From Squalus acanthias (lineage: Eukaryota): DNA of 64,000 bases. Location: the NCBI GenBank assembly GCA_030390025.1, contig CM059432.1, positions 70,124,001 to 70,188,000 of the forward strand, read 5' to 3'. Every line of letters begins with the position of its first letter. Position 1 is the stretch's first letter. Of the stretch, positions 38,441 through 51,346 are shown in pieces. The translations under genes and the position numbers were made by a program. The notes beneath the pieces are model-generated. The model made no database searches and had not been told where the DNA came from. It saw nothing but the letters and a program-made list of their open reading frames with translations.

Positions 38441-40099
38441 TGAAGATGGAGGGCTCAAGTCCCAGGGCTACTGTTACTGACAACCCCCTACTTCACTTGT
38501 CTGTCTGAAGCAAAGAGTTTCAACTTTGAGGTTTCATTTGGAAAAAAATGTGTTAGTGATTAGCCTGCCCACATGGGTTTTAAGGCAGCCATACCCAAGA
38601 ATTTTCAATAAGGATGGTAGATCGTGAAGCAATATTGATGGTTGTGGAACAGTTGATGGACTAGACTTTTTTGCTGTCTTGGGTACAGAGAGCGTGAGAC
38701 CATTTGTGCAGCTAAGAAGTCTTGAATTGGAGGACACAATAATCATTTTTGATTTATCAAGAAATTACCATTAAATGCTCATCCCTAATCCTACATTAAG
38801 TCTACATTCTGATAGAATTGTGTCCTTACATTTCAGCAGCATGTCCCCTAACATTAGAGCATTACAAGATTAGTTTACCACACAGCTGTTGCTGCTCTTT
38901 ACTACAGTGATTTGTCTTAACTGAAGTGCAACATCTGTGTGAGATGAACTGATCTTAATGATGTGGATTTGCACCAAATGTTACTTTTTAGTTCAATGTT
39001 CAGTAAATGCTTCATCAATATTAGGATGCTCTGGTGAAATCTGTGGTATCTAAATCTATTAATTGATTTTCAGTGTGCTGTCATCAAGATGAGGAAACGA
39101 TGGATTTGCAGTTTGGGGAGTTGTCTCTTCTCTTTATGGTAAAGAGTCTTTCTGGTGAAGTTCAAGAAGTGAATTTCCACTTTGTTAGGTTGTAGATGCA
39201 GAGCTTATACAGAAATCTCACGTTGATATGTGCCATCTTCATTAAGTAAGAATATGGTACTCTGCGGTATTAAAGGGAGAATCTCTTCAAGACATAGTAC
39301 TGATGCTGCTAATCACAGGTTTTTCTATCTGAGCAGTTCATAATAGAAAACAGCATTTGTTTATAATTGTATTAAGATTAGTCGTATATGAAGAATTTTC
39401 AATAAGGATGGCAAATCATGCAGGAGTTTTGGTGATAAGTGCAGAGCAGTCAATGACCTAGATCTTTTTGCTATCTTGAGTAAAGGAGCATTCTTTTCAC
39501 ATGGAATGGAATAAGAAGTTGTGCAGATGGTTCAATAATATGTTGATGTGGTGTAGTGGTACTCGCATTATGAGGCCACTTATGGCTTACTTCCCTTTAC
39601 CTCAGGATTTTAAGAGACCTGCTTAATTTTACATTTCTGGGTCTCCAGTCATATTCTCTATAATGCGGTAGATGAGACAGAGGGATTGTACCCCTACACA
39701 AAATGTTAGTGAGTAGTTCTAGTGTAGCATGATCCACCATACTGAATTTGTAGAAGCTAATTAAAGATTAATAATAACAGAAGTTTAGGAGCATATTGTC
39801 TGCCATCTAAACTGGTCAGAAATGGGGAAAATGTAGAATGAACAGGAAAACTTAGGCCATTTTTTTAATATAAAAAATGGAAACAATGCAAAAGATGATT
39901 TTTAAGTGAGTTTTTTTGTTTATTTATGGAAAACTTTTGTTTATTAAAGAGTGTATAAGTTGTCAAACTGACTAATAGTGCGCTAAAGGATAAGTTTACT
40001 GCTTTTGTACTGCTGCCCTACACCTGGACTATATATCAGAAATGTGCACATTACAGCATGTCCATTAATTTTAAGAGGCAGAAAAATTACCCTTAAATG

Positions 40100-40460
40100 C
40101 ATTAAGACAAGAACATGACGTGAACTGGCTATTAATGGGGGGGAGGAACCAGAGGATGCAATAGGGTCTGCGGATCAGTTGGAGAGGTGACTGACAGGTA
40201 GAAACATGATAGGGGACCTATCGTGGCTCAAATATCCCGAGACAACATATCCAGTGATTCCTGATCCCAGAACCATGACTGTGGGTAGGATAGTTTATAT
40301 GGAGGAAGAGGTTAAGGAAAGTTTGGAGGGCCTGGAACTCAGAGGAGAGAAGGCAAGGTGAGTTGAGTTGAAATCACTGAGGATGAGATGTGGTTCAGAC
40401 AGAGACAGATGTGTGGCTGTTGAATGAAGCTGCACTTTGTCATGTATAGTGTGCGAGAGT
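40100..40460 (-). mobile_element. Old L2 remnant
   Basis: Minus strand CLCLNHI resembles CLRLNHT of the L2 at ~33330; purine-rich + strand. Confidence 0.4.
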
Positions 40461-40469
40461 CAGATTTCA

Positions 40470-41400
40470 GTAAGAAGGGACAAAGTGTATGATAGCCATG
40501 AACCCTGCAGGACGCATCCTCCAGCCACGCCCCTGACATGGCCCATCCCCACAATCTGCATAACGTCCTCCTCGATTGGGGAGAGGACCTGAATGAACGC
40601 TCTCCCTCCTCCTGTCCTCGTCTCCTCTTGACTATTGTTCACCAGCTTGCCCTGCAACAAAGAAGGGAGAGCGCTAGTTGTACCCTGCTGATATGCTTTG
40701 AAGATAAGTGCGTGTCAAGGTCGAATAGTGGTGCTGGTGTGTGAAGGGTGGCAGAGGTGTGAGGAGGTGAAGGCAGTACTACAGAGGAGAGTAGAAGGTG
40801 CAGAGTGGCATTAGGAGCAGAAGGAGGTGGAGTGATGTGTGCTGCAATGAATAGAGGAGAGTGCTGGTAATCGGAGGAGGGAAGGGTTGTGAGTGCTGGG
40901 ACTTCAGATTATGCAGAGAGTGATGTGAGATAGGTGTTAGGAGTCTTAACTTAGCAACCTTAGACAGATCATTAAACTTTTTCCTACATTGCAGCTATAT
41001 CCTGAGGTCGATGCTCCTGGCACTGACTCTCTCTGCCACCTGTGCCCAATGCTGTTGAGCAACTTTCAGGATACCTTTCTGCCACTTGGTGGGAAGAAGA
41101 CATCCCTCCTGTGGCTGACCTTCTCCATCAGGACCTCCAGTGATGCATCTGAGAAGTGGGGGGCCTTTGAAGCCTGCCTTCCAGTTGCCTGCAGGCAAAG
41201 TTCATCTTTGCTTTCAGAGGTGCAGGCTGCCTTAAAATAGCATCTGGGACGCACGATATTCATGCCCCCCATTAGGCAACCTGCCAATCAACAGCTCACC
41301 TAGTGCTGACAGCCTGCCTTTTTAATGATAATGAGGGTCTCTGACCAATTTTGCCTCCTAATTGTGCCCACGTGATTTGGCGCACTCTACGAATTTATAT
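40470..41400 (-). pseudogene. Harbinger Myb/SANT gene remnant (exons 1-2)
   Basis: KAPHFSDASLEVLM..V..RRDVFFP, WAQVAERVSARS; exon 2 after CAG reads GKLVNN...RTGGG...LSPIEE. Confidence 0.75.
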
Positions 41401-42204
41401 CTGTGTTTTTAATAGTGGTCAAATCAGGCCTATTAGCTGAGCTGACCTGAGGGACTAAGAGGTTAATGTAGGGTATAAAAGGTTGAGGTCAATCTGCTTC
41501 ACTAGATTTTCTTCTCAGTAGGTAATATATTGGGCCAGACCATGTGAATCCATAGTGTGCCATATCTCCCTTTGACTAATAAACGTGATTGATTGTTTTT
41601 GCTTTTTTCAAGGTGATCACGCAGAGTGCTGTTATTTATCAAAAACTGAAGAATGGTTGATTTTATTTTTTACCCAGCATGGATTTTTCCATCAGGGATG
41701 ACAGTTCTTCACAGTTCATGTCAAAGCAAATAGATTGAATAAAAATAATGACAGTAGAATTAGGCAGTGAGCCAAACTTTTGACTGTTAGTTTGATCTTG
41801 TATCACAATGCAAGTAGTGCAAGTGCTTGAGTCCTTGTATAAGAATATCTTCTCCCAACTCCTGCCCAGTGTCCCTCCCTTACCCGCATGAAGCAACTTG
41901 AGACATTTTGCTATGTTAAAGTTGCTATCTGAGTACAACTTCTTGTTATTGTTTGCCACTAGGATGTGGTACAGGACATCTGGTTTTAACTAGGGAACCA
42001 TATCCACAGCAACACTCAGCACCTTCAAGAAGAGATAAAGGGAGAGGGGCAGGGAAAATTGCAAAAAAGAAACGTGGGACAAGTATTGAATAAGCTGATA
42101 TTTAATTGGCTGGGGATTGCACCAACTTTGCTCTTCGAAGGAGGTAGCTTTTGCACCAACTGCAGAGACTGAATATTTCAGGAAAACCAAACTGTTTGAC
42201 TTTA

Positions 42205-42810
42205 GGGGGTAAAAATTCAGTTGCTTTGCACCTCCCGTTAGCACCCTAAGAAGGCGCTAACGGGGCGCATAGAAATTAGCCTCCTGTGAAATTCAGCTTG
42301 TGCCCCGGCCGCGATCTTTGGGAGCGCCCCCTGACTTACCACCGAACGTTATGTCCGACGGGGTAAGGGGGGCCTACCTGCGGCCGGGGAGGCGCAATTT
42401 AAAGGCAAGGTGCAGGGCGGCCATTTTTGTTGCTGGCTGCCTGCCAGCACCTGCCTGCGCTCCCGTCCCCGGCCTACTGAAACGCACCCCCCCCCCCGCT
42501 GAGTGCCGGCTGCGCTCCAAGAGCCCTGGCACTTCTCTTGAGTGCCGGGCTCTTTTGCCGGCACTCCCGATCCCCGAGGGCCCAGCTGGGCCCCGGGTCG
42601 CGCTGCGCAAGGCCCCTCCCCTTTAAGAAGGGGAAGAAGGCCTGCAATACCGTGGCGCGACGTGCCGTGATATTGACTTGTAGCGCCCCAAGAGGGATGC
42701 GGGGCACTTCCAGTAGCACCCCGCTTCCCTCTTGGGGTGATACCACTCAATTTCTGGCGCGGGGGTGCTAATTTTTCCGGGCGGTAGCGGCGCTACTCAA
42801 TTTTTAGCCC
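42205..42810. mobile_element. Harbinger-type MITE
   Basis: GGGGGTAAAAATTCAG ... CAATTTTTAGCCC; flanks TTA/TTG; homologous to 29293-30021. Confidence 0.88.
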
Positions 42811-44244
42811 TTGGAGTTACATGATTTATATAGATAGCAGCCCAATCAGGAAGAATCCAATAATTCAAACTCATTTTCCAACTGGGTTTAAATCACTTAG
42901 TAAAATAAACTGAATTAGTCTTCAGCCAATTGACAGAGAAAAATAAATACTTCTAGATATAAAAAAATCTTTGCTTTGTTTTCTGTAACAAAGAAATTGC
43001 CGGTGTTAATCACAGGTATGTTAATTACAGACATTGCTTTCTACGAGCAGTTCAAAATAGAGATGGAGCAGTTGCTATGTGAAATTGGCCTGAAGTAAAG
43101 CTGTGAGAATTCAATCTCCAGTTTGTTTCAAAGTCTTTCACAAAATTCAATGAAGTTCACAAATCCTCTGGGGGTGAGGGGTTACACCCTTCTATATCAA
43201 CTCACTAAAGCATCATGGGAAATTGTGCAAGCTGAACATGATCAGAATGCACAGATGTGGTTGGAAATACCCTTCAATTGTTCTGGGGATACAACATCCA
43301 ATCAGAAAACCAAGATTTTGAGATTGGTTGAGACCTTAAAATAAAAACTTTAAGGAAGGCATTAAAAGACACAAAAGAAAATGGGCTGAATTTTAATGGG
43401 GAAGGCGGGTTGGGAGAGGGGTGGGGGGGGGTGGTTCTGAAGCGGTTGGAAAAATCCGGAAGAATGGGCTTCATGCAGGCCCTGCCGAATTTAACGGCAG
43501 GGCCTGATTTGCATGGGAAACCTCTGTTTCCCACCTGCAGCCAGCCAGATTGCGGGTAGACCTGCGGCACTAGGCCACAGAGAGGGAGGGATCACTCGGG
43601 GGCAGCTGGAGGAGCACGGAAATTAGCCCTATAAGCTCGAAGATGGTGATCAAGAAAATGAGGTTAATGTGCACAGGAAGGCGTACACCATATACAAGAT
43701 GTTTAATATATTATAGAGGAGATAATTTACTTGTTATCCACTTGCAATGACATTTTAAAAAATAAAATTTGCTGTAGGGTACATGATTTTATTTTTAGCC
43801 ATGTATAAGGTCACTTTGAACTGACACAACCACATTTCCAATTTAATATTAATTTTAAATATTAGTTTCTATTACTCCATTGCCCACGGGGAAGTTACAA
43901 AGTAGACACAAATTATGAAATTCGCAACTTGTTGATTTTTAAAAAAAATAAAATAAATATGTTCAAGAATCATCTCAGAAAAAGGCTTTTTTCCCCTAAA
44001 TGTTTCAAAATGTTCCACCACGTATCTATTGAATGGCGGAGCAGGCTCGAAGGGCCAAGTGGCCTATTCCTGCTCCTATTTCTTATGTTCTTATGTTCAA
44101 ACACGTGACCGTTGATCTCATGCTCTTTTTCACTTTGGTTCTACTTCCTTAACGTAGGCTCCACAAAATTCCCCTTTTGACCTTTTCCTGCTTCCCCAAG
44201 CACCTGCTTCAAACTGCACTAACTTTTTCAAACCCCTTTTCTGT

Positions 44245-44683
44245 TAGAGGTTGGCTACTTGGAGACAAGGGCTATCCACTGAAGACGATGCTGATGACAC
44301 CCTTGAGGAGGCCAAGCAATGAAGCCGAGCAGCGCTACAATCAAAGCCACGTGACGACCAGATGTGTCATAGAGCAAGCAATCAGGATGCTGAAGATGCG
44401 CTTCAGATGCCTTGACAGATCTGGAGGAGCCCTGCAGTATGCACCAGCCAGGGTCTCCAGAATCATCACTGTCTGCTGCGCACTACACAACATAGTGCAG
44501 CAGCGAGGATTGGAGCTGCAGGAGGAGCAAGGCACAGAGCGCAGAGACTCTTCAGAGGAGGATGAGGAGGAGGAGCAGGTGGAACATGAGGAGGAGGAAC
44601 CTGAGGTGGAGATGGCACCAGCAGTGCCGCACATTGCTGCCTGGGAGGCCCGGGATGGCCTTATAATGGAACGATTTAGTTAG
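44245..44683 (+). pseudogene. Harbinger transposase C-terminal third
   Basis: GWLLGDKGYPL, YNQSH..TR.VIEQAI, RFRCLDRSGGALQY, CCALHN, acidic tail. Confidence 0.92.
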
Positions 44684-44965
44684 GTTGCACCAGTGCACCC
44701 ATATGGCACCCAGATGCTGAACCAACTCCCCACCACCCCCAACACCACAAAGCAGTCCTAAAATGACCAAACCATTCCTGTCACGCACACACCCATTGCT
44801 CGAGGTTAAGTAATGTCTTACCATTCACTCCAACTGACAAGCCTACTTCCCAGGTAGCAGGCAAACATGAACATGACGGGAAAGTAAATTTATTTGGCTC
44901 ATAAATAGAACTGAAACTTAACCCTCTAACATTTGGAACACACCCATGTGCATACCCTTGTGCGT

Positions 44966-46779
44966 CTACAATTGTGTCATTTTTCTTTTCCAACGACTTC
45001 TACGATGTGCACCCCCTGTGGCTTCAGCAGAGGTAGAGGCAGGCTGCTCACTGCCCTGCCCTGACTGCTTAGACACTTTTTGCGGACATCCTCTGGGTTT
45101 TGGAGCCTGTGAGGGCCCCGCCAAAGACTGCTTCTCCTGCAACTGTGCAGGGGCAGACTCGCCCATCGGGATCCAAGGCAGCATGTGGGGCTCTGACTGA
45201 GGGAGAGCCAAAGAGGGAGAAGTCGGAACATCTTGAGCAGAGCCACCACTTCCATGTCCCCTCTCACCATCATTCCCTCTCCTGGCCCACCCACACTTCC
45301 CTGCTAGCAAGGAGCTGGAGAGCACCTTGCTGCACATCAGTGGGGCGATGAACGCCCAAGTCTATGTTGCTATCCCTTCTAGAGAGGAGTTCAGTAAGAG
45401 TCTGCAATCTGTTGTTCACAGCAAACATGCTCTTGTTCAACTGGCGCATTTGCTGCTCCATGCAGATGGCCATCCTTTCCATAGAAGAGCACATCGTAGC
45501 CATCGCCTGCGACATGGTGCTGCTCATGTTGGAGATGGACTCCTCCATTCTCCCTACAATCACACACATCATGGGAAAAGCTGCCAGAGCCTCCCACATT
45601 TTTTGCTGCCCCTCCAGAATCATTTTCTTTGTCGACGGCCCCCGAGATTCAGCATCTGCATCCAGCTGAGCAAAGCTGGGAGCGTCCTGCGCCCTCGGAC
45701 GAGGAGTCTCCACTGCTGTCCCTGTCTCCACCATCTGCTCTTGCTCACTTGTGATGTGTGAGACACTACTCTATGTCTCGCTGTACCCACCGAGGTGCGC
45801 GTATCTGCGCTGGTGCTGGGTGCACATGGGTCTGGTGACGGTGCACCCTCAGACACTGGAGGCTCCTCTGAGGAGTCATCTTTCTCCTCTGGCTGGACAG
45901 TGAGGGGGGTGGGTACTTGATGGACCTGTGGCAGAGTAAAGACCTGAATTAGAACTGTTATGATCAGAATGATTCAAGTTAGCATTATGCACATGGTCAT
46001 ATTTCACTGGCTGCTGACATCAAGTCACCATGAGTGACTGTTGTATGCCATGTGGCTGTATGATATTTAATTCTGTCACCAGGTAGCTGGGAGGTCTCCC
46101 TCTCTCCATCTCCCACTGCCACTCCGCTTATGTCCAGTGCCTCCTCTCTGCTGCAGTTAATGGTGTGGTAACTGGAGGGCCACCTCCGATTCTCTGCCTC
46201 TCCCTGGTGTTCTGGGCTCTCTTCTCCTGCAAGGAGGGAAGCAAGAGACCTTTGAGCAAGAGTCATGGAATGAGTGTAAGAGATGGATGGGCTACATCTG
46301 TAGAGGGTGACTATGAGGGAGTGGCGTGACATTGCCGAATGGCCTCCTTCTGTGGCATTACTTTTATGATTGCATTAGGCTGAGGGTGAGTGTCAGTGGT
46401 GGATACTCAGATGGGGATGTGAGTAGGTGCATAGACAGTGAGGGATGGATGCACCTTGCAAGGTAGGTTGGTGTGAGGAGTGATGTGCAGGAAGGCATAG
46501 TGATGGGGTTGGGGTGACACGCACATCAGGATGTAGTTGAACGTGGCATTGTACTCACCTTTCCTGACCTCATGAGGTCATTAAATCTCTTCCTGCACTG
46601 TGTCCAGGACCTGGTAACCACACTCCTCCTGCTCACTTCTTCGGCGATCGCCAGCCATGCCCTGTTTGTCTCGGCTGCTGGCCTCTTCCTCCCACCACCA
46701 AGGCTCTCACTCCCTGGAGCAGGATTTCCAGGGAGGCATCACTAAATTTAAGAGCATCCCTTTGGCGCTGAGTCTGCAT
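44966..46779 (-). pseudogene. Harbinger Myb/SANT gene (multi-exon)
   Basis: Exon 1 at 46779-46559 (KFSDASLEILL, WTQCRKRFNDL, AG|GTGAGT); coiled-coil exon at 45270-45734; C-terminus RRSRWKRK. Confidence 0.8.
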
Positions 46780-47407
46780 TTTTGCTTAAAGATCTTTATA
46801 CCTTTATATTCAAACAACTAACTTAGTCTCACAACAATCCACTGTCTGCCCCACCAACCTCTGCAGCACCTCCACCAACCGTCAACTGTCATCTGTGCAA
46901 TGCTCCTTAAAATAGCGGAGATGAAGTTGAGTCACCCGTGACGTTATCTGACCCGTTCCAGTTAATTGTCCGGGAAAGCCACATGACTGATTCAATTGCA
47001 GTGGTTTCGTTAAAAAGCCACTGCAGAGCGCGCTGATAGAACGTTTGGGATAGCGACCTGCTACACGGCCCCCCGCACCCAACCTGACAGAAGGGTAAAG
47101 ATTCAGCCCCAATATCTCTGCTTCCCCAATTGCTATCAGTTTTGCTGTTTCACTATATATAATAATATGAAATCAAAATATTATATAAACATAAGGACCT
47201 ACCTTATGACTTTAAAATGGAGACTTAATTATGTCTGCACCTTGGTCCAATTTTCCCCCACTCTCTATCCCTGCTTCATCTGAAAACTACACTCCGTCTT
47301 GACTTCCCCTGTGCAACGTCACATGAGATCCACTAGTAATATATTAAAAGTGTTGCATCTAGCACACACTTCCTATTTGTCACATTTCCTGTTCTCACAC
47401 TTTTCTT

Positions 47408-47873
47408 GTTACATTTTCTTAATTGGCTCAATTCAAAATGAAAGAAGTAGGGAACATACAAATCAACAGCAAGGTAAATGGCTAGAAAATTATTTATTGC
47501 TTGTTTTAAGTGACTAAAGTGCCTCGTTTGATGGACAGGGCATGTGAAAAACAATGGGTGCTTTTTTTAACGTTGATTTTGGGCTTTTAAAAAAAAATCA
47601 GCATTTCTCCAGCCAAAACTAGCTGCTGCCACACTCGATATGTAGACTGAAGAGTCTCCATACATAGCATAGAGCAAGTATAGGTTCTTTGTGAATACTG
47701 GGTAGAAAAGTTTTTAACAAATATCGCCACAGTTTTCTGCAGTTTTCATTTAAAACTTTTATTACTTGTACCAACATTTTCTGAAGCTTGTTACATTTTC
47801 TTGATTGGCTCAACTCAAAATGAAAGAAGTAGGAAACATACAAATCAACAGCAAGGTAAATGGCTAGAAAATT
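47408..47873. repeat. ~83-bp direct repeat (47408-47490, 47790-47873) flanking a ~285-bp segment that recurs at 51912-52192
   Basis: Direct sequence comparison; few mismatches. Confidence 0.9.
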
Positions 47874-47920
47874 GCCGGTGAGAAACTACAAAGGACTTCG
47901 GGAAACAACCAATCTTTAAT

Positions 47921-48132
47921 AATAGATAGAGAAAATGCTGGAAATACTCAGCAGGTCAGGCTGCATCTGTGGAGATAGAAACAGAGTTAACGTTTCAGGT
48001 CGATGACCCTTCGTCCGACCTGAAACGTTAACTCTGTTTCTCTCTCCACAGATGCTGCTTGAATCGCTGAGTATTTCCAGCATTTTCTCTTTTTATTTCA
48101 GATTTCCAGCATCTGCAGTATTTTGCTTTCGT
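47921..48132. mobile_element. Palindromic retro-insertion (Penelope-like) with a 14-bp TSD
   Basis: ~75-bp inverted arms at 47928-48002 and 48016-48090; TSD AACCAATCTTTAAT at 47907-47920 and 48133-48146. Confidence 0.8.
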
Positions 48133-48574
48133 AACCAATCTTTAATGACCAGTTAGAAGAACCTATCAAAACAAAAAAATAATTGAATCAATTAAATCAC
48201 TTAAAATGCTTCTTGAGAATATTTTTGATTGCCATTCTTTTCTCAGTAACTGATATGTTTATGTCCAAATTGAAGCTTTAAGCAAAATTTAAAAATTACA
48301 TATTCACTACAACATCTTTCACATTACCCATTTAATTGTCTTTTGTGTCTTTTAATATTTTATTAAAGTTTTTAGTTAAAGGTCTTAGCCTCTCACCAGG
48401 CTTGGATTTGTTATTTTTGCCCCGAGCTGGTGTAACATTTAGTTAGCCCAACTGATACAGTCTGTAACAATGGCCTGGAAATTCCACAAAGGTTCTTCCT
48501 GTTTCCTACCATAAATTTGGTGGGACAACAGGAGAATCTCTGGTGAAATTGTGTAAGCATGTGATAATGGACAT

Positions 48575-50408
48575 TTGCAGTCCTGCCCTATCCACTCGTG
48601 AATGGTGGTGGACCATTAAACAACTAACGGGAGGAGGAGGCTCCATGAATATCCCCATCCTCAATGATGGTGGAGCCAAGCACGTGAGTGCAAAATACAA
48701 GGCTGAAGCATTTGCAACCATCTTCAGCCAGAAGTGCCGAGTGGATGATCGATATCGGCCTACACCTGAGGTCCCCACCATCATAGAAGCCAGTCTTCAG
48801 CCAATTCGATTCACTCCACGTGATATCAAGAAACGGCTGAGCGAACTGGATACAGCAAAGGCTATGGGCCCCGACAACATCCCGGCTGTCGTGCTGAAGA
48901 CTTGTGCTCCAGAACTAGCCGCACCTGTGGCCAAGTTGTTCCAGTACAGCTACAACACTGGCATCTACCCAACAATGTGGAAAACTGCCCAGGTATGTCC
49001 TGTCCACAAAAAGCAGGACAAATCCAATCCGGCCAATTACCGCCCCATCAGTCTATTCTCAATCATCAGCAAAGTGATGGAAAGTGTCATCGGCAGTGCT
49101 ATCAAGCGGCACTTACTCACCAATAACCTGCTCACTGATGCCCATTTTGGGTTCCGGCAGGACCACTCAGCTCCTGACCTCATTACAGCCTTGATCCAAA
49201 CATGGACAAAGGAGCTGAATTCCAGAGGTGAGGTGAGAGTGACTGCCCTTGACATCAAGGCATCATTTGACCGAGTGTGGCATCAAGGAGCCCTAGTAAA
49301 ACTGAAGTCAATGGGAATCAGGGGGAAAACACTTCACTGGCTGGAGTCATACCTAACACAAAGGAAGATAGTTGTGGTGGTTGAAGGTCAATCATCACAG
49401 CCCCAGGATATCGTTGCAGGAGTTCCTCAGGGCAGTGTCCTAGGCCCAACCATCTTCAGCTGCTTCATCAATGACCTTCCCTTCAACATAAGGTCAGAAA
49501 TGGGGATGTTCACTGATGACTGCACAGTGTTCAGCGCCATTCACAACTCCTCAGATAATGAAGCAGTCCATGCCCGCATGCAACAAGACCTGGATGATGT
49601 TCAGGTTTGGGTTAATAAGTGGCAGGTAACATTCGTGCCACAGAAGTGCCAGGCAATGACTATCTCCAACAAGCGAGAATCTAACCACCGGCCCTTGACA
49701 TTCAACGGCATTACCATCACCAAATCCCCCACCATCAACATCCTGGGGGTAACCATTGACCGGAAACTTAACTGGACCAGCCACATAAATGCTGTGGCAA
49801 CAAGAGCAGGTCAGAGGCTAGGTATTCTGCGGCGAGTGTCTCACCTCCTGACTCCCCAAAGCCTTTCCAGCATCTACGAGGCACAAGTAAGGAGTGTGAT
49901 GGAATTCTCTCCACTTGCCTGGATGAGTATAGCTGCAACAACACTCAAGAAGCTCGACACCATCCAGGACAAAGCAGCCCGCTTGATTGGCACCCCATCC
50001 ACCACCTTAAACGTTCACTCCCTCCACCACCTGCTACCGTGGCTGCAGTGTGTATCATCTACAAGATGCACTGCAGCAACTTGCCAAGGCTTCTTCGGCA
50101 GCGCCTCCCAAACCCGCGACCTCTTCCACCTAGAAGGACAAGGGCAGCAGGCGCATGGGAACACCACCACATCCAATTTCCCCTCCAAGTCACACACCAT
50201 CCTGACTTAGAAGTATATCGCCATTCCTTCATCACTGGGTCAAAATCCTGGAACTCCCTAACAGCACTGTGGGAGTACATTCACCACACGAACTGCAGCG
50301 GTTCAAGGAGGCGGCTCACCACCTCCTTCTCAAGGGCAATTAGGGATGGGCAATAAATGCTGGCCTTGCCAGCGATGCCCACATTCCATAAATGAATTTA
50401 AAAAAAAT
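48575..50408 (+). mobile_element. LINE family B, 5'-truncated, with a long open RT frame
   Basis: ORF 48543-50210 (555 aa): GPDNIP, YRPISL, GVPQGSVLGP, FTDD; family B tail. Confidence 0.95.
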
Positions 50409-50409
50409 C

Positions 50410-50665
50410 TTGAAACCTCCAATTGTCCCAGCATCCATAACCTTTGGGGCAGAGAATTCCAGATTTCTACTACCCTTGTGTGAAAAAGTGCTTCCTGATT
50501 TCCCTCCCAAGTGGCCTATCTCTAATTTTAAGATTATGTTCCCTCAATCTTGATGCCCACATCAGAGGAAATAGTTTCTATGTATCAACCTATCAAATCC
50601 TTTTAACATTTTAAACACCTCGATCAGATCACCCTTCAATCTTCTATATTCAAGGGAATACAAGC
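50410..50665 (-). mobile_element. CR1 3' fragment
   Basis: Antisense of the RKHFFT.RVVEIWNSLP motif. Confidence 0.75.
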
Positions 50666-51017
50666 TAAAAAGATAAAGAAAGTGTTGTTTCTCATCCTAA
50701 TTAGAGTCTCAACCCCAAACCCTACCACTAGAGTGCTGCCAAACCCTAGGACTCACATTCCAGTTTTAGCAAACCCCAGGACCGCCACTCTCCCCCTACC
50801 CCCCACCCCCACCCCGGCCCCAGTGCAGCTAACCTTCACCCATCACCTCAGTACTGCTAAATAGCAGATAGTTACCTCCAACTGTATCTATCACCTTGTT
50901 GTATCCCCTCAGCTTTAAAAATGGTAAGAGATAAAAATTAAATACATAGGAAATAAAATATATATAAAATAAAGATCACCAATTTGCTGTTTTTACAGAA
51001 CAATAGACAGTCTTGTA

Positions 51018-51346
51018 CAGGAAACTCTTTGGTACTCCGGCACCTACGGGACCGGGATGGTGCCGGTTTATTAAAAATTCCGGATAACGGAGATGTATAC
51101 CTACCAAGGTACGAGAGCCCCGTTACACAGCCACTTGTGCAGGAGTCCCGGTTACACGGCCACAGATCCAGGAGTCCCGGTTACACGGCCACTTGTGCAG
51201 GAGTCCCGGTTACACGGCCACAGGTGCAGGGACCCCGGTTACACGGCCACTAATATACAGTAAAACTTACCTGAACCTACTCCTGAATTTTGCCGGTTAA
51301 TAGAGAATTCCGGATATTTAGGTGCCGTTTAAATGAGAGTTTCCTG
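51018..51346. mobile_element. Tigger MITE of the 9459-11883 family, containing five 29-bp repeats
   Basis: Same TIRs and subterminal regions; TA TSD at 51016-17 and 51347-48; GTTACAC recurs at 51122, 51151, 51180, 51209 and 51238. Confidence 0.93.

Larger units (their letters stand above)
43383..47110. mobile_element. Harbinger element with the 5' part of the transposase replaced by unrelated DNA
   Basis: TIRs GGGCTGAATTTTA / TAAAGATTCAGCCCC; AAT flanks on both sides; convergent transposase and Myb genes. Confidence 0.72.

Noticed and set aside
51115..51250. CRISPR-like repeat/spacer pattern
   Set aside because: Variable parts are only ~7 nt and related to each other; it lies in a eukaryotic MITE and there are no cas genes.
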